From positions 1,674,001-1,738,000 of the forward strand of contig OZ116706.1 of assembly GCA_964199315.1 (NCBI GenBank): 64,000 nt of DNA, written 5' to 3'. Position 1 is the stretch's first letter. Each line of letters opens with the position of its first letter. The notes beneath the pieces were generated by a model. It made no database searches and was not told where the DNA came from. It saw only the letters and a program-made list of their open reading frames with translations. A program made the position numbers and the translations under genes. Source of the stretch: Orbicella franksi. Its lineage: Eukaryota. Shown here one piece after another: positions 45,005 through 58,124 of the stretch.

Positions 45005-46289
45005 TTAAAGCAGCTCAACAATTGCTACTTGTAAGATGAAAACTTATCACATAAGCTTACATGTATACCATAAATATATAATTGATCAGGTTTCTTGCAT
45101 TCTTCCCTGGCTCATGGATTTTTGAGCAAAAAATAGACTGCTTGTAGTCCATTATAGACCACTCTTTCTATAGGTTTACCGGTGCATTAAACGTATGCAG
45201 GATGTTTGGAGAATATGAGAAAAGCTTGTGATTTTCAAACTTTTTGTGTATCCTTCTAACAAAGAGTGGCCCCAATGAAATAATTATAATAAAGTTTGTC
45301 AAAGAGAGGAAAATGTATTGTACTTTCATGATCAAGTTACTTATTCTCAGATGAGATGAGGCAGCAAACCAATCACAACAGCTGAAAGAATAAATTCAAA
45401 GGCTCAGCTCTAAACAGAAAATCCACAGAAAAAGCAACAAAAGCTTTTAGCCTATCAGTAAGGCTATCAGTAAAAGTACTGAAATGAATGTGTATTAATA
45501 GATTTTAAAATATTTTGACAAGGCAATGCAGGAATTTGTTGCTGGAATCAGTCTTGACTACAATATTATGGTCAGTGTAAAATGAAGACTGCGGACTGTA
45601 CATGTAACCAGGGGGTAAAATGCAGACTTAAGTACTTTAGTAACTGAATTGTATTACCATTTCCATCATTGCAGGGGTTTCAATAAGTTCTGAAGTAGGA
45701 GGTTGCACTTCAGGGGTCGTAAGGTCCCTCCCCCTAGGGGGGTATGAGGGCATGCTCCCCCCAAAAATTTTGGAATCTAGAAGCCTGGAAATGCCATTTC
45801 CTGCATTCTGGTATCAAATCCAGTACTAAATATTGATTAAGTAACAACAGCATTACTGACAACTGTATTTAGTTTTTCAAGTGAAATTCAATTTTAATAT
45901 AAGGATAGCGTAAACCATAGAATACTGAATCTTGGGAATTTTTTCATTACATACAGTATACAGCAATGTGAAGCATTTGCAGATGCACAGCTGAAGTCCA
46001 GACGTATTGCATCAAATGAAACAGGAAAACAATGTTTAGAAAAAATATGAAAGTTTATCTTGCTATGTTGTTGTTGTCTTACTGTCAGTCTATGGTCACA
46101 ACCATTACTGATTTCCACATGTTTCCATGACTTTTAAAAGCTACTAAAAACAGCTTGTTACCTAAAAAAGGTATTTAAACTACTGCAGCATTGGGTAAAT
46201 AAAGGACTTTTAGCCAAGGACATGTTAGCCAGCATGAAGCAATATAACGCTTTGCCAGACTGTTACTACAGAGTATAATGCACACAATG

Positions 46290-47446
46290 TTAGTCATAAT
46301 CGTTGTCCGACTCAAAAGTGCTATCTGAGTCACTGTCTCCACCAACTGGTAGTTTCATCTTTGCTGTAGTAGCATTAACCTCCAGTTGAAGCTGATCTTC
46401 CTCCTTAATCTGAACTACTTTGCTGTCATCAATATTCTCAGGCTCTTCATCTTCAGTTGGAAAAACAATGGTAATAATTTAGTTTACATACCTGTTCATT
46501 CTGTTTCCGGTCTTGATCTTTTATTAAATTATGCTAAAATACTGCCACCTCCCACACGTTTATGGCTTGGTTCCATTGTTGGAGCACATGCAAATGTGAT
46601 CAAGGCGAGAATTGACACCAGTCCCTCTCCCCTGCATTGAGAGCTAACCATAAACAGGCCACCAACTGAAGCATTAGGCAGGCTAACCTGAGTGATATTC
46701 AGTCTAATCAGAATGCAGGCTTTCACTGTGATTTGCCTTAATAACCCATTTTATGGTCAGCACTCAAATAATGGAAATAATATGATGTATACTTAAAACA
46801 TCTGCAGTCTGCATTTTACCCCTGCTCTGCAGTCTGCATTATACCCTCAGTTTGCATTTTATCCCCGTTTTACAATCTGCAGTCTGCAGTCCACAGTGTG
46901 CATTTTACACTGACCACTTGACTATAGTGATGCCTGATGCCTGGAACTTAAACAGACCTACCTACCTAGTACTGTAGACTGGGTTTCTTTTGGTCTTCAA
47001 TGGCACATATCATATGGGAGGGCAGAGTCCACCCCGTACCTATAATACTTGGTAGTGCTGAGTACAGGGGACAATGAGACATGTTTGATGCAATTTTTAG
47101 TGCGTTAAAAAAGTTTAATTTGCTCCAAGGTCTGGACTGACATGGGGTAATGAAATCATGAACATTAGTATTTTGGCATCTTTGTACCAGTTCTTTTCTT
47201 CATATACTTCATAATTATTCATTCAGAACTCTTTCAATGCTCTTTCATAATTCACTGATATTCATTCATAACTCTTTGAATTATTATGTCTTGATGTCGA
47301 GAAATCTGCTCTCTTGGTTTGCCTTGATTTTTCTGTGACATTAGCAAACCATTAAACTCATCAACAAAAGATGAGCTTGAGAAATGGTGCCTAAAAGGGT
47401 GGAGGAGCCATAAGCAATCCACGACATGACAACATCCATGACAACC
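46290..47446 (-). pseudogene. Spliced fossil gene with CpG-decay stops (possible SWIM-finger or transposon-derived protein)
   Basis: Exon A 47446-46966 (phase 0 to 1) and exon B 46736-46492 (phase 1 to 0) join via GT-AG with no frameshift; 12 stops, 9 of them TGA; an open acidic tail follows at 46478-46290. Confidence 0.6.
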
Positions 47447-48404
47447 CTGTGAATTGAACACACACAGTTTTGTGGCCCTTACTCAAATATTAAAATATTT
47501 AGTCTTAGAAAAGTCTATACTTAATATATTTTTTCTTATTTCGTATCAGCATACGTAAATAGCGCTATAAAAGTAATTAAATTACATATAATAATAAGGA
47601 CAAAAATAATAATATTATCGTTATTATTATTATATTATTATTATTTTTATTATTACACTTGTTCCCTGCTAAACTGGACGTTTAGCTCAGATTCCCTCTC
47701 TCCCCCTCCCCCCCCCCGGTTAATGTCCGTTTGGAATATTGCTTAAGCCTCATTATAAAGATACTAATCTTCCTTGTATGTACGTATATGCCGCTTGATT
47801 TAATCTAACTTAAGGTGGCTGAAAACAGTTTCCAGCACTTATCAAGATGTAGATTTTGATGAGTCTTTATAACCACTCTTTATTAGTTGATGCTACAATC
47901 ATAGTATCCAAAAACTGCTAAATCATTAGTGAATACGTTATCATTTTCGTGACACAATAGGTTACCATAGTAATGATATGATCTGATGAGAACACCCTTA
48001 ATTTTAGCGTTCACTGCTCCTAACTCAAAAACGAGCCCGGTACGTCACCCCCACTTTTTAGACCTTTTTGTGGTTTACAACAGTCAGTACTGTATTCTCG
48101 TAGAAATTAAGAATCTGTCTTACCGAGGTTTCTAACAGCTAAAAGTTGCACATGGTCAACACAACATAAGCCATTTAGTTCCTGTCACTTGGTCAAAGCT
48201 TAGTCACTTTATAAACAGGTTTTGAATCCTAAGACATTTTTACAAGAGTATAAATCAATTGACTTCTCTCCACTAATGGACAATACGTACTTTTAAAGAC
48301 TTGTTTTGTTTTTTTCGTAACAACTTGTTCCTGATTCTGCTATTGTTTAATTGATTCTATCGTTTTACGTATTCTCATATTTTATCTTTTACTAGTTGAC
48401 ACTA

Positions 48405-48580
48405 TACAGTTGCGCCCTGCTGTTTCGAACTCTCAGGGGATGCGAAATAGTTCGAAATAGTGGGAGCTCGAAATGGCCGATAGTAAATGAATGAAGGGCA
48501 AATCCAAGGGAAATAGTTTTCTGTTCGAAATAACGAGGAATTCGAAACAACCGAGTTCGAATTAGCGGGGTCCAACAGTA
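48405..48580. mobile_element. Tc1/mariner (pogo-like) MITE
   Basis: TAcagttg ... caacagTA ends with internal ttcgaa repeats. Confidence 0.55.
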
Positions 48581-48646
48581 TTGTTATTGTTGCTAATGAA
48601 CTGTGAGGTTTCGATTAAGTTAAACTGTGTATTTATTATTTTTTAG

Positions 48647-51600
48647 CTGCCCTTGAAAAGTTTGGCCTTTAATTTATTGACTACACCAAACAAAGAAACT
48701 GGTTTAAGCTGCCTACAATCAGCGTGCATTGAAGGAGACGTCGAGACTGTCAGCGCAATCTTAAACTATAGTCCGGACAAACTTGACAGTGCCATAGCTT
48801 TTAGTTTGAAGATTGGACGCAACGCAACCCATTTTGCTGGCAAATCTATTTACACTGTCTTGCGTCAGCAAGATTCTAAAGAGCATAAGCAGATCAGCGG
48901 ATTCGTTGAAAAAGTTACAAAGCATTTCCAGTCCCAATCCCTTCTACATTTGGCCGCAAAGAAGGGTCAGGTCGAGCATCTTCGCAGGTTACTAGAATGT
49001 GGTGAGCATGTTGATTCAATGTCGCCTGACCTCTGTGCGGATAGAGAGACACCCCTGATGTTGGCAGCCGGTTTTAATGAGGTAGACGTTGTTGAGTTTC
49101 TTGTTGAAAAAGGTGCTTCGCTAGAGATGCAAGATGCTGAGGGATGTAGTGCACTACACCATGCTGCGATGAGTGGCAAAATTGGCAATATACTACGCTT
49201 ATTAGAGTTTGGAGCCAATGTTTTAAGAGGAAATTACGACCAAATAACAGCCATTCATATGGCTGCTGAAAAGGGTCACATAGAGGCTGTCCGCCTTCTT
49301 CTAGAGCATGGTGCAGATGCTAAGAAAGCTAACTACTATGGAATGACTCCGCTGATGTCAGCTGCGCAAAAGGGCCACTTACAAATTATCCAGTTGCTGC
49401 TAAAGAATGGTGGAAGTTTAACCCTAGGCGACGAAGAAGGTCGGTTACCTTTACATTTTGCTGCTGAAGAAGACCAAACAGATGTAGTCAAATTTATTCT
49501 TGAAAAAAATGGGAGTGTGTTGACAAAGACTTCTAACGGGGACACAGTCCTCCACTTGGCCACTCGTCTGGAGTTAGTCCAGTATCTTGTTGAGCAAGGA
49601 GCTGACGTTCCTGCAAGGAACTCCTACGGTAGAACACCGTTACATGCCGCTGCCAGCAAGGGTCAATCTAATACAATCGTCTATCTTTTAGATCAAGGTG
49701 CTGATGTGAACGCACGAGACGAATCTGGTTGCTCAGCATTGTTCTTTGCTGTTCATGGACGCTATGCCGATGCCGCTAAGGTTTTGATTGAAAGAGAATG
49801 CGATTTGAAGCTAATAAACAGGGCCGGTCCTTTTCTTAACGAAAATCTGTTCGAAATAGCTGCCGCACAAGGGCTGACGAATATTTTGAGACATCTTATT
49901 GACAAAGGTCTTTCCAAGACCGTTGATGACGTCAACAGATATGGCGAAACGCCTCTGATGCAAGCGGCAAGAGGCGGACATTGTGATACGGTCGCTTTTC
50001 TTTTAGAGCAAGGAGCTAACGTCAATGGGAGCAAAGGCTCAAAAACACATAGTTTAGAAGATAATTGTGTTCATCACAGCCACAGCGACGGAGAAGACAG
50101 TGAGGAAGACGATGAATTTACAAGGTACCACTTTGGAAGCCAAGAAATCTCTCCCTTGTATTACGCCTTGGAAGCGGGTCATACTGAAGTGGCTAAACTC
50201 CTAATAGAACGAGGAGCTGATACTTCGAACTCGGAAAGTGAAGACAACCCTCTTGCAGAGCTTGCAGCTAGGCATTGTTCCCTTGATATTCTTCAACTGC
50301 TTCCCGATCAGAAAAACGTCAATTTAGACAATTTGGAGAATGGCGAAACTTTGTTGACCTCAGCAACTTACCGTGAGGACTTCGACTCCATTCCAGCTCT
50401 TTTAGAGAAGGGTGTGGATATAAATGCAAGGAATAGGTCAGGCGACACAGCTCTTTCCTGTCTTCTCCAGTTCGCACCACGCCCTCGTGCAATGGAACTC
50501 GCCAAGCTCCTTATTTCATATGGTGCTGATATCGATATGAGGAACGACCGAGGTGAAACTCCTCTTCAAATAGCGTGTTCCACAAACTTCGACAAAGTAG
50601 CTGAGCTTCTTCTTGAACTGGGTTGTGAACCGAACGTTAAGAATGATTATTCTTATTCTCCTCTTCACCATGCTGCACAAAACAACAATGGAAAACTTGT
50701 TGAGATGTTACTTCAGTGCGGTGCTGATATCAAGATTAAAACTAAAGACGAGCAGACACCCTTGCATATAGCTGCAAATTCAGATGGGCTCCACGCAGCC
50801 CAAGTGCTTTTGGAACACGGTGCTGAGTTGGAAGCCATGGACTCGTCAGGTCATACACCTCTTGCTGCGGCAGCAGCTTGTGCTAACTTGCGTATGGTCC
50901 AACTGTTGATGAAACATGGAAGCAGTGTTCATGGGAAGGACAATTCGGGAAAGACTCCTCTGTTACTTGCTGTAGAACGTTTGCGCTATGGGGACCAAGA
51001 GACGGATAAAATCACCCTTATCAAGACATTGTTGGATCATGGAAGCCTTGTGAACGCCATTGATGAGTTTGGCAGGTCTCCTCTTCATTATGTTTATCAT
51101 GCCCCAAGGGAATGCTGTGATCTCCTCTTACAATATGGAGGTGATGTCAATTTACCAGACATGAACAAAGAGACGCCTTTGCATTTTGTAGCAATGGATG
51201 GAGACACAAGCTGCATCGAGTGGCTTCTTCAGCAAGGTGCCAACGTGGAGGCCTCGGACAAGGAAAGTCGTACCCCTCTCCACGCAGCCGCATACGGGGG
51301 CAACAACAGTTCTCTTGAGTTGCTGATTCAACATGGTGCCGATGTTCAGTTAGCTGACAAAATGGGCTGGCTTCCTCTGCACTTTGCTGCTTCCGGAGGA
51401 CATTTTGGTGCTGCCGAAGTTTTGTTCCAACATGGAAGTGATCTTGGAGCTGGTGACGACAAAGGGAGGACTGTCCTTTATCTGGCAGTTAAAAGCGGTT
51501 GCCGAGAGCTGATTGAATTTCTTATCAACCATGGGAGTGACGTTAACACAAAAGATCTAAGTGGACGTACAATTCTTGAAGCAATAGATGATTGTAATTT

Positions 51601-53426
51601 GTGGAGCTTGGAGTGGAACGTTCTGGAAACGTACCTTGAGAATGGAGGTGACAAGAGGGTTGTGGATGAGATAACTGGTCGGACCACTCTTCACTATGCT
51701 GCAGTGTCCAAAAGTGTCGCTACTATTGACAATCTGATAAACGACGGATTGGCCCTTGAAGCAAGGGACAAAAATGGGGACACTCCTCTACACCGAGCGG
51801 CAGCAAGGGGAACTCCAGAAATGATACAGCAACTTGTTGATAGAGGAGCGGACTTAACTGCTGTCAATAACAGAGGACAGACTCCATTTCTAGTGAGTCT
51901 TTCTACAAACAACAAGGAAGGAGCAAAGATTCTACTGAAACATGGAAGCAACGTGCAGGTGGCAGATAAAAATGGCAACACAGCTCTTCATTCTGCTGTA
52001 TTCTTGCCAAGTCTTGCGAAGCTGATAGTAAAGAATGGTGGAGATGTTAATGCAACGAATGTAGCCGGTTGCACTCCTCTTCACCGGGCTGCGTACTATA
52101 CCTATTCAAACGTTGTTTTTAGGATTTTGTTGAAGGCAGGAGCAGATGTTCATTGCCGAGATAAGCATGGAAATACACCCCTCCACATAGCTATTACAAG
52201 AGCTAGAGAAGACGTTGCCAGAACGCTCATTGAAAACGGAAGTGATGTCCTCGCTGCTAATATACAGGGAAGAACTTGCCTGCATATGACGACTTGTTTT
52301 GGCGCCTATGGTTTAGTGGCAAAACTAATTCAACTCGGAGTGCAAGTAAATGCTGTTGATGAGCTGGGCTGTACCCCTCTTCATCTTGGTGTGCAAGCAA
52401 ATGACACGATGGTGACAAGAGCTCTGTTGAAGCATGGCAGCAATTCCGAGGCTGAGGATTATAAAGGAAGTACAGCCCTCCATGTAGGCTGTTGTTCGGG
52501 GAGCAAAGACGCTGTGTCAGTTTTGATTGATCACGGAAGGTAAGACGGCAATGAATTATGTTTTTTCGTTATTGTTTTGTTTTGTTGTTGTTGTTTCGTA
52601 TTTTGTTTTTTCTTTTTTGTGTTTACTTATTATTAGTGTTTCCTGGGGTTCGATCCGATAATTCAGGGAGGTCAAAGATTCTTCAATCAAGAAATTGACG
52701 TACTGAAATATGGGAGAGATCGAACAGTGATGGTAAAGCTTTGTAGAAATGGCTCGGGTTCCCATTGCAAATATCGTTTGAAAGTGTAATTAAGAAGACG
52801 TGAAGTTAAAACTGACCGAGTATGCACTTGTGATCTTCATATGTCAATTTCTGGGCAAATGTCTGTTGTTTCATTTGATATTATCTTAAATGGACCAGAT
52901 TAATTGTGGTTTTATTTGTAGTAATCTCGAGGCTCAAGACGAAAAAGGATGCACTCCGCTTCACATCTGCGCAGTTTTTGATGAGAAACGTACTGCTCGT
53001 GTACTTGTTGAACGAGGAGCAAATTTGGAGGCTAGAGACAACGAAGAAAGTACTCCTCTCCATCTGGCTTCGGCCTTCAGTGATGTGGAAATGGTTAGTC
53101 TGTTTCTTGAACACGGAGCGAGTGTCAAGTCCAGAGATTCTGAAGGCAGTATTGCCCTCCATACAGCTGCTGCATTTGGCAAGACAGAAATCGTGCGGTT
53201 GTTAATTGATGCAGGCAGTGATTGCAATGCCGTTGATGGTATTGGAAACACACCGCTGCACGTGTCCGCGGGCTCTGGTCATGTGGAAGTAGTTCGTCTG
53301 TTGATTGACAAAGGAGCAGACATGTACGCAGTCAACAAGGAAGGGTTTACTCCTTCTAGATGTGCTAAATTGTTTGGTCACAAGGAAGTGGAGCAGTGTA
53401 TTGAGGAAAGACACTGCTCTGAATGA
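48647..53426 (+). CDS. Large ankyrin-repeat-only protein (about 40 repeats, about 1470 aa)
   Basis: Exon 48647-52539 (3893 nt) is spliced (AG|GTAAG donor, tttgtAG acceptor, phase 2) to exon 52922-53426, restoring HGS-NLEAQD; continuous TPLHxAA..G..D/N repeats; no other domain seen. Confidence 0.92.
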
Positions 53427-55254
53427 AAGCCGTGACAATGATCTTAACGTGAATGGATACGTGCACATGTAAGACTTTCCTTCATTTGACATTTTAACCA
53501 GCTCATGAACAGCTTGTGCTAGTCATTGAAATTGAGAAAATCGTGGTATTTATACAATGATATCTTCTGTAGTAACCGTTCTAGAAGATGACATACTAAG
53601 TAACATTCTAGATTGATAACTTTTATATATAATGTTATACGTTTTGGCCAGTGCCAGAAAATATATCTAATTTGCAATAGCCGCGATGATCATTTTCACA
53701 TTGGAAATCAGGCATATGGTTTAGAGAAGGCAGCATGTTTAAGAAATCAATTTCTGAAGTTTCAGCTCCTCTAGAATCATAATTGCATGTGTGTGGCATG
53801 ATAGATGAAATTTACTTTAAAATGATTTAATTTAACAACAGAATCCGTTTTCTATTTACCCAATTAAATCACATGACTTAACTGTGTCAGGGCAAGAGCC
53901 TTCATGAATAAGGTCTTCTCTTTTTGTGCGTTCTTAATGGCGAGATATTCGTTGGTGGTAAATGTAAAATAGATGTAATATTGCTGTGGTGTTTTGTGTG
54001 TTAAACTATTTAGCCGCGTCTGCTAGTTACCAAAATTTGAAAACTTTGAGACTTTGCGTTTGATTGAAATTGATGAATAAACACCACATAAAAAAACTGC
54101 TCAATAGCTTTGACCTGAATAATCGCACACTGTGGTTTCTTCCACAGGCTTAAAGTTAGCACTGCTTTTAAATAGCCTTCTTGTGATCGGCCGCAATGAC
54201 ATTTTACATATGTCATGTAATAGGTCACAGATTACGCTTGGCACTGCCTTTGAATATGGTTCGGATAGTCTTAAAGACGGTCTAAGCAAGAAATCATATA
54301 GATTGTAATGTGGTCAAAAGTAACTGGTCTTATCGCAGTCTTATTATTATTATTTTGTTAATTTTAGATATTTTAGAGGACACGTAAGACATTTGTATTT
54401 GGTATACTACTCTATACAGGGGAAAAAAAATTGACGGAGCTATACAATAAAGATTTTTGCTTTACCGTGTATCTTGATTGAGTAAACAAATTCAGCCAAT
54501 TTACTTACTTGTGCTGAAAATTCAGGAAATCAGAATAGTAGAACGGCGTCTAATTGGCTAATGCCTCTGAATTTCAGTACAGTAGAATTTATGCACGGCT
54601 ACTTTAGAGGAATGAATCCTTTGTCGTTTCTTTTGCCTGAAAACACAACACGCGTGCTTCAACTTGGCGTTATGTGGCAAGAACAAGTTGTTAGTTCTTC
54701 CAGTTTTCGTACCCGAGTGAGAGTGCACACGCGTGAAGCCTCATCCACAAGACCCCTTGCAAATTCATTTGATTGTTTTGCTTCAGACTCCGAGCGATGA
54801 TTACAAGAGTCAATCTATCCTATCCGATGTTACTGTGTTATTTATCAAACCATCTCCGGGGTCCTTTGCCGCAATTCAAAGCTAAGGCACTTAAGTACCG
54901 CGAGCTGACGTGCATAGTTTCAGACGAGTTGACGCGAGTGAATCTAGAAATAAGTCCCTGCAGCTGTTCAATTATAGTGTGTTTGTAGTATGTTTTATGG
55001 GCAATTAGGATCGAATGTACTAGGCGTTTTAGACCAGAACGCTATTTACGACGAAATCCTGGGAAAAGACCCGTAAAATAAAACGACTTTGCAAACGACC
55101 ACCTCCTGTCTTCAGTGTTTCAGTTTACAGCTCAACTGTGCACAAAATATGGCGGAAACATAACTCAAAATTATGCACGTTTCCTGCTTCAGTATTACCC
55201 AAACTTGAATTCAACCAGTTTATTTTCAATGTAAATACCATTTAACTCTTTACG

Positions 55255-55399
55255 TAGAGTGGTTTTCAATTGTGTGTCGTAGAACCAAAACCAAACAAAC
55301 TACGTAGAAATAAGACTCTCAGCCAATCTCAAACCATAGTAAAACCAAAACCAAAATAACTGCCTGATTACTTTTGACACTCAATTGAAAACCGTTCTA
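55255..55399. mobile_element. MITE
   Basis: TIRs tagagtggttttcaattgtgtgtc / gacactcaattgaaaaccgttcta. Confidence 0.7.
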
Positions 55400-58079
55400 C
55401 CAGTCGACCAACTATGGAGTCTAAAAATGGCAGATTTGGTACCATTTAGATACAAAACATGATCAATAACGCACCCAACTTAGTGTTCGAAATGTTGAAA
55501 CCCTTGTATGCTCAATTCAGAGCGGGTTATATTGTGGACCAGGTATGAAAATTTGCACGAGCGTAACAGTTACTATTTTAAGTGAACGTGGTTGATATTT
55601 ACGATTTTCATGACGTCAGAGGACTGAAGTAACACGCCCACGGTACCACTTTCTAAGCCATTATTTGCAAGCACTTTTTCCAAACCTTTCCACTAGATCG
55701 GCATAATGATCCGTAAAGTTGGTATGACAAAAACGTATGGACTTTCACTTGCATTTGATACTTGTTCACGGTGCCCTTGCGGTCCGTACGAATTGTTATT
55801 GCCCGTCGAGCCAAACATATCAGACAAATATTATTTTCCCGTCTGGTCCGGCAACTCAGTCGATAAGTGGGCAGCCTATGTCTGATAAGACCTAAAAAAA
55901 TAAAATATTCTCAAAAGGAGTTTGAAATCCTAATCAGTTCCTTTAGTCGAAATTGGCTAAGACCGGTGAAACATGAAACACTAGGAAAGTTTCGTCATCA
56001 TTCACGAGGACGAAAGTAATTTTACAACACATTCTAAACGTCTACTTAAATGAACGCCTATGAATTTATTCAGTTCAAAACAAAAATATGTAAGCACATT
56101 CAGAAGTAAAAATAATAACATTTGTAGATACCCTTCTGGATAATCATCTTTTACAATGATTTGGAATCTTAGTGCTGGTATATTTTTAAGCTGGCCTTAT
56201 CATGTTAGAAAGGATCCATTTGTTATCAACGTGAAATTGTAAGCACGTAAATTAGCATAAAATTGACTAATTGAGGAAGTGTTTTTTGATCTCTTTTGCG
56301 ATATATAAGGAGTATTGCCTAGAGAGCTACACTTCATAACGACATTAAATGTATTTTTCAACGTGTCATTTTTATTATTAAAAAGTTCATTTGTAATTAA
56401 GTAATTGTTATTTTGAATTCAGAACTAAATTTGACTAGTGAGGTGGCTTGCAGCCAAGGAAAAATAATCCTTTTTTACACTCTGGTCTCTTCTAAATTCC
56501 TTATCTATCATGATAAATAACACATTCGACCTCGTTGATTGGTCGATAATTTGCATATCACCTGGAATACGCAGTTTAATAACTTATATTGAGAGATCTG
56601 AGTGGATTGACACCCAATATATTATCGACAGGAGAAGGCCGTTTGCTCAGTGTCAATTTCACATCGAGAAAAACTATACGTCTCGGCAGACAATTCTGTC
56701 CCAGCACATCAAAAACGAAACATGTCACTTTGAAGAAACGGCAAGAGTTCCTTTCAGCACTGAAGAAAAAGGAAAGGTTAGTGGAAGGGTTATCGGTTTT
56801 CATATCTGTATGCAGACTTATATTGTTTGTAACATGCAACATGGCTAACTTTCGTCGCTAAGTAAATGTACTTCAGCCGCCCAGCTGCTGGGTTCGGATC
56901 TGACTTTAAACTAGAATTCAAAGGAAAATTTCAAAAAGTAAGAATAGGAAATTCGCTTCAATAGAGCTGGCCGATGGAGAAAGACTATTTTTGAGTTTTA
57001 GTCTGGTAGGAAGAATAATGGTGTGACTGTTGCAGTTTAAAAGGACTTTTTTTGCAGTCTTTCATTAAAACATCACCATACTGGTCATTAACGGATAAGT
57101 GTGTGCGATCTGGGAACCGAAAAATATGAAAGACAAAGTGTTATCGAACTTACAGGATTCAGGGAAATGACGCAAACAAAGGAATACAATCTTCTATTTC
57201 TTTCGACCTCAGCAGAAATAACCGCCTCTTCGCATAAATTATATCTTGATGTTACTTTTCTCGGTTAAGAATATAAAATTACAAAATATTCTAACTGTGT
57301 TTTTGTTACTTGTGTGAGACGCACTTAAGTTAATAAATTAGTAAATAACCGTAGCGTATAATTAGTGGAAGACAGAGAGACTTTCATATAAGTTATTCAG
57401 ATGCGTACAGTTGGAATCAGTTCGAAAACGGACCTAATTTATCAACCCTTATCTGAGACACGCTTGAGTTAATAAATGTCGTATTCCAATTAAATAACTA
57501 CCGTATGATGAGTGCGAGAAATCGAGTCACGAGTAACCGCTTCGTATTAGTTCATCTAGATGCGTTCAGTTTGAATCAGTTTCAAAACGGACCTAAATTA
57601 CCAGTTTGATAAGTACTGAGTATAATATTAATAATGATATAAAATAGGTTAATTCGTTATATTAGCATTAATATCGCAAAATGTGGCTGACTTAAAGTAC
57701 TTCAGCGATATTTTAATTAGTCCCTTCTGATAAATTTGCAAGTTGATTTCCAGTTGCGCCTCCAAGAATCTTAGTCATTTTATCACTCCTTTTTGGTCTT
57801 TGTTTTCGTTCTCTTCTCTTCCCATTTGACTTCTTCTCAACTTCGACCTCTATTCAACTTTAAAGAGCAGCTGCTCTGTTAGTATGTTGTAAAGTTCATG
57901 CAGATGTTTAACATTGATTTTCCTACAGACTGCTTTCTTTGGATAAAGGGTTTTTTTAATTTACCACGAACTTTTTCTTCAGACTCGAGTTTTGTAGTTA
58001 ACAAAGAACTCGGGATTTTAGCAACAATAAGCCGATTTCACGAAAGATAACTATGAATCGAGGCATTTATTCCTTTTTT

Positions 58080-58083
<4 letters not shown>

Positions 58084-58117
<34 letters not shown>
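58084..58117. repeat. (GA)n microsatellite
   Basis: Direct reading. Confidence 0.9.
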
Positions 58118-58120
<3 letters not shown>

Positions 58121-58124
58121 TTGC

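Noticed and set aside
48653-52543. Horizontally transferred bacterial ankyrin gene, suggested by the giant exon
   Set aside because: It has canonical spliceosomal introns and host-like composition; nothing in the sequence supports transfer without a phylogeny.
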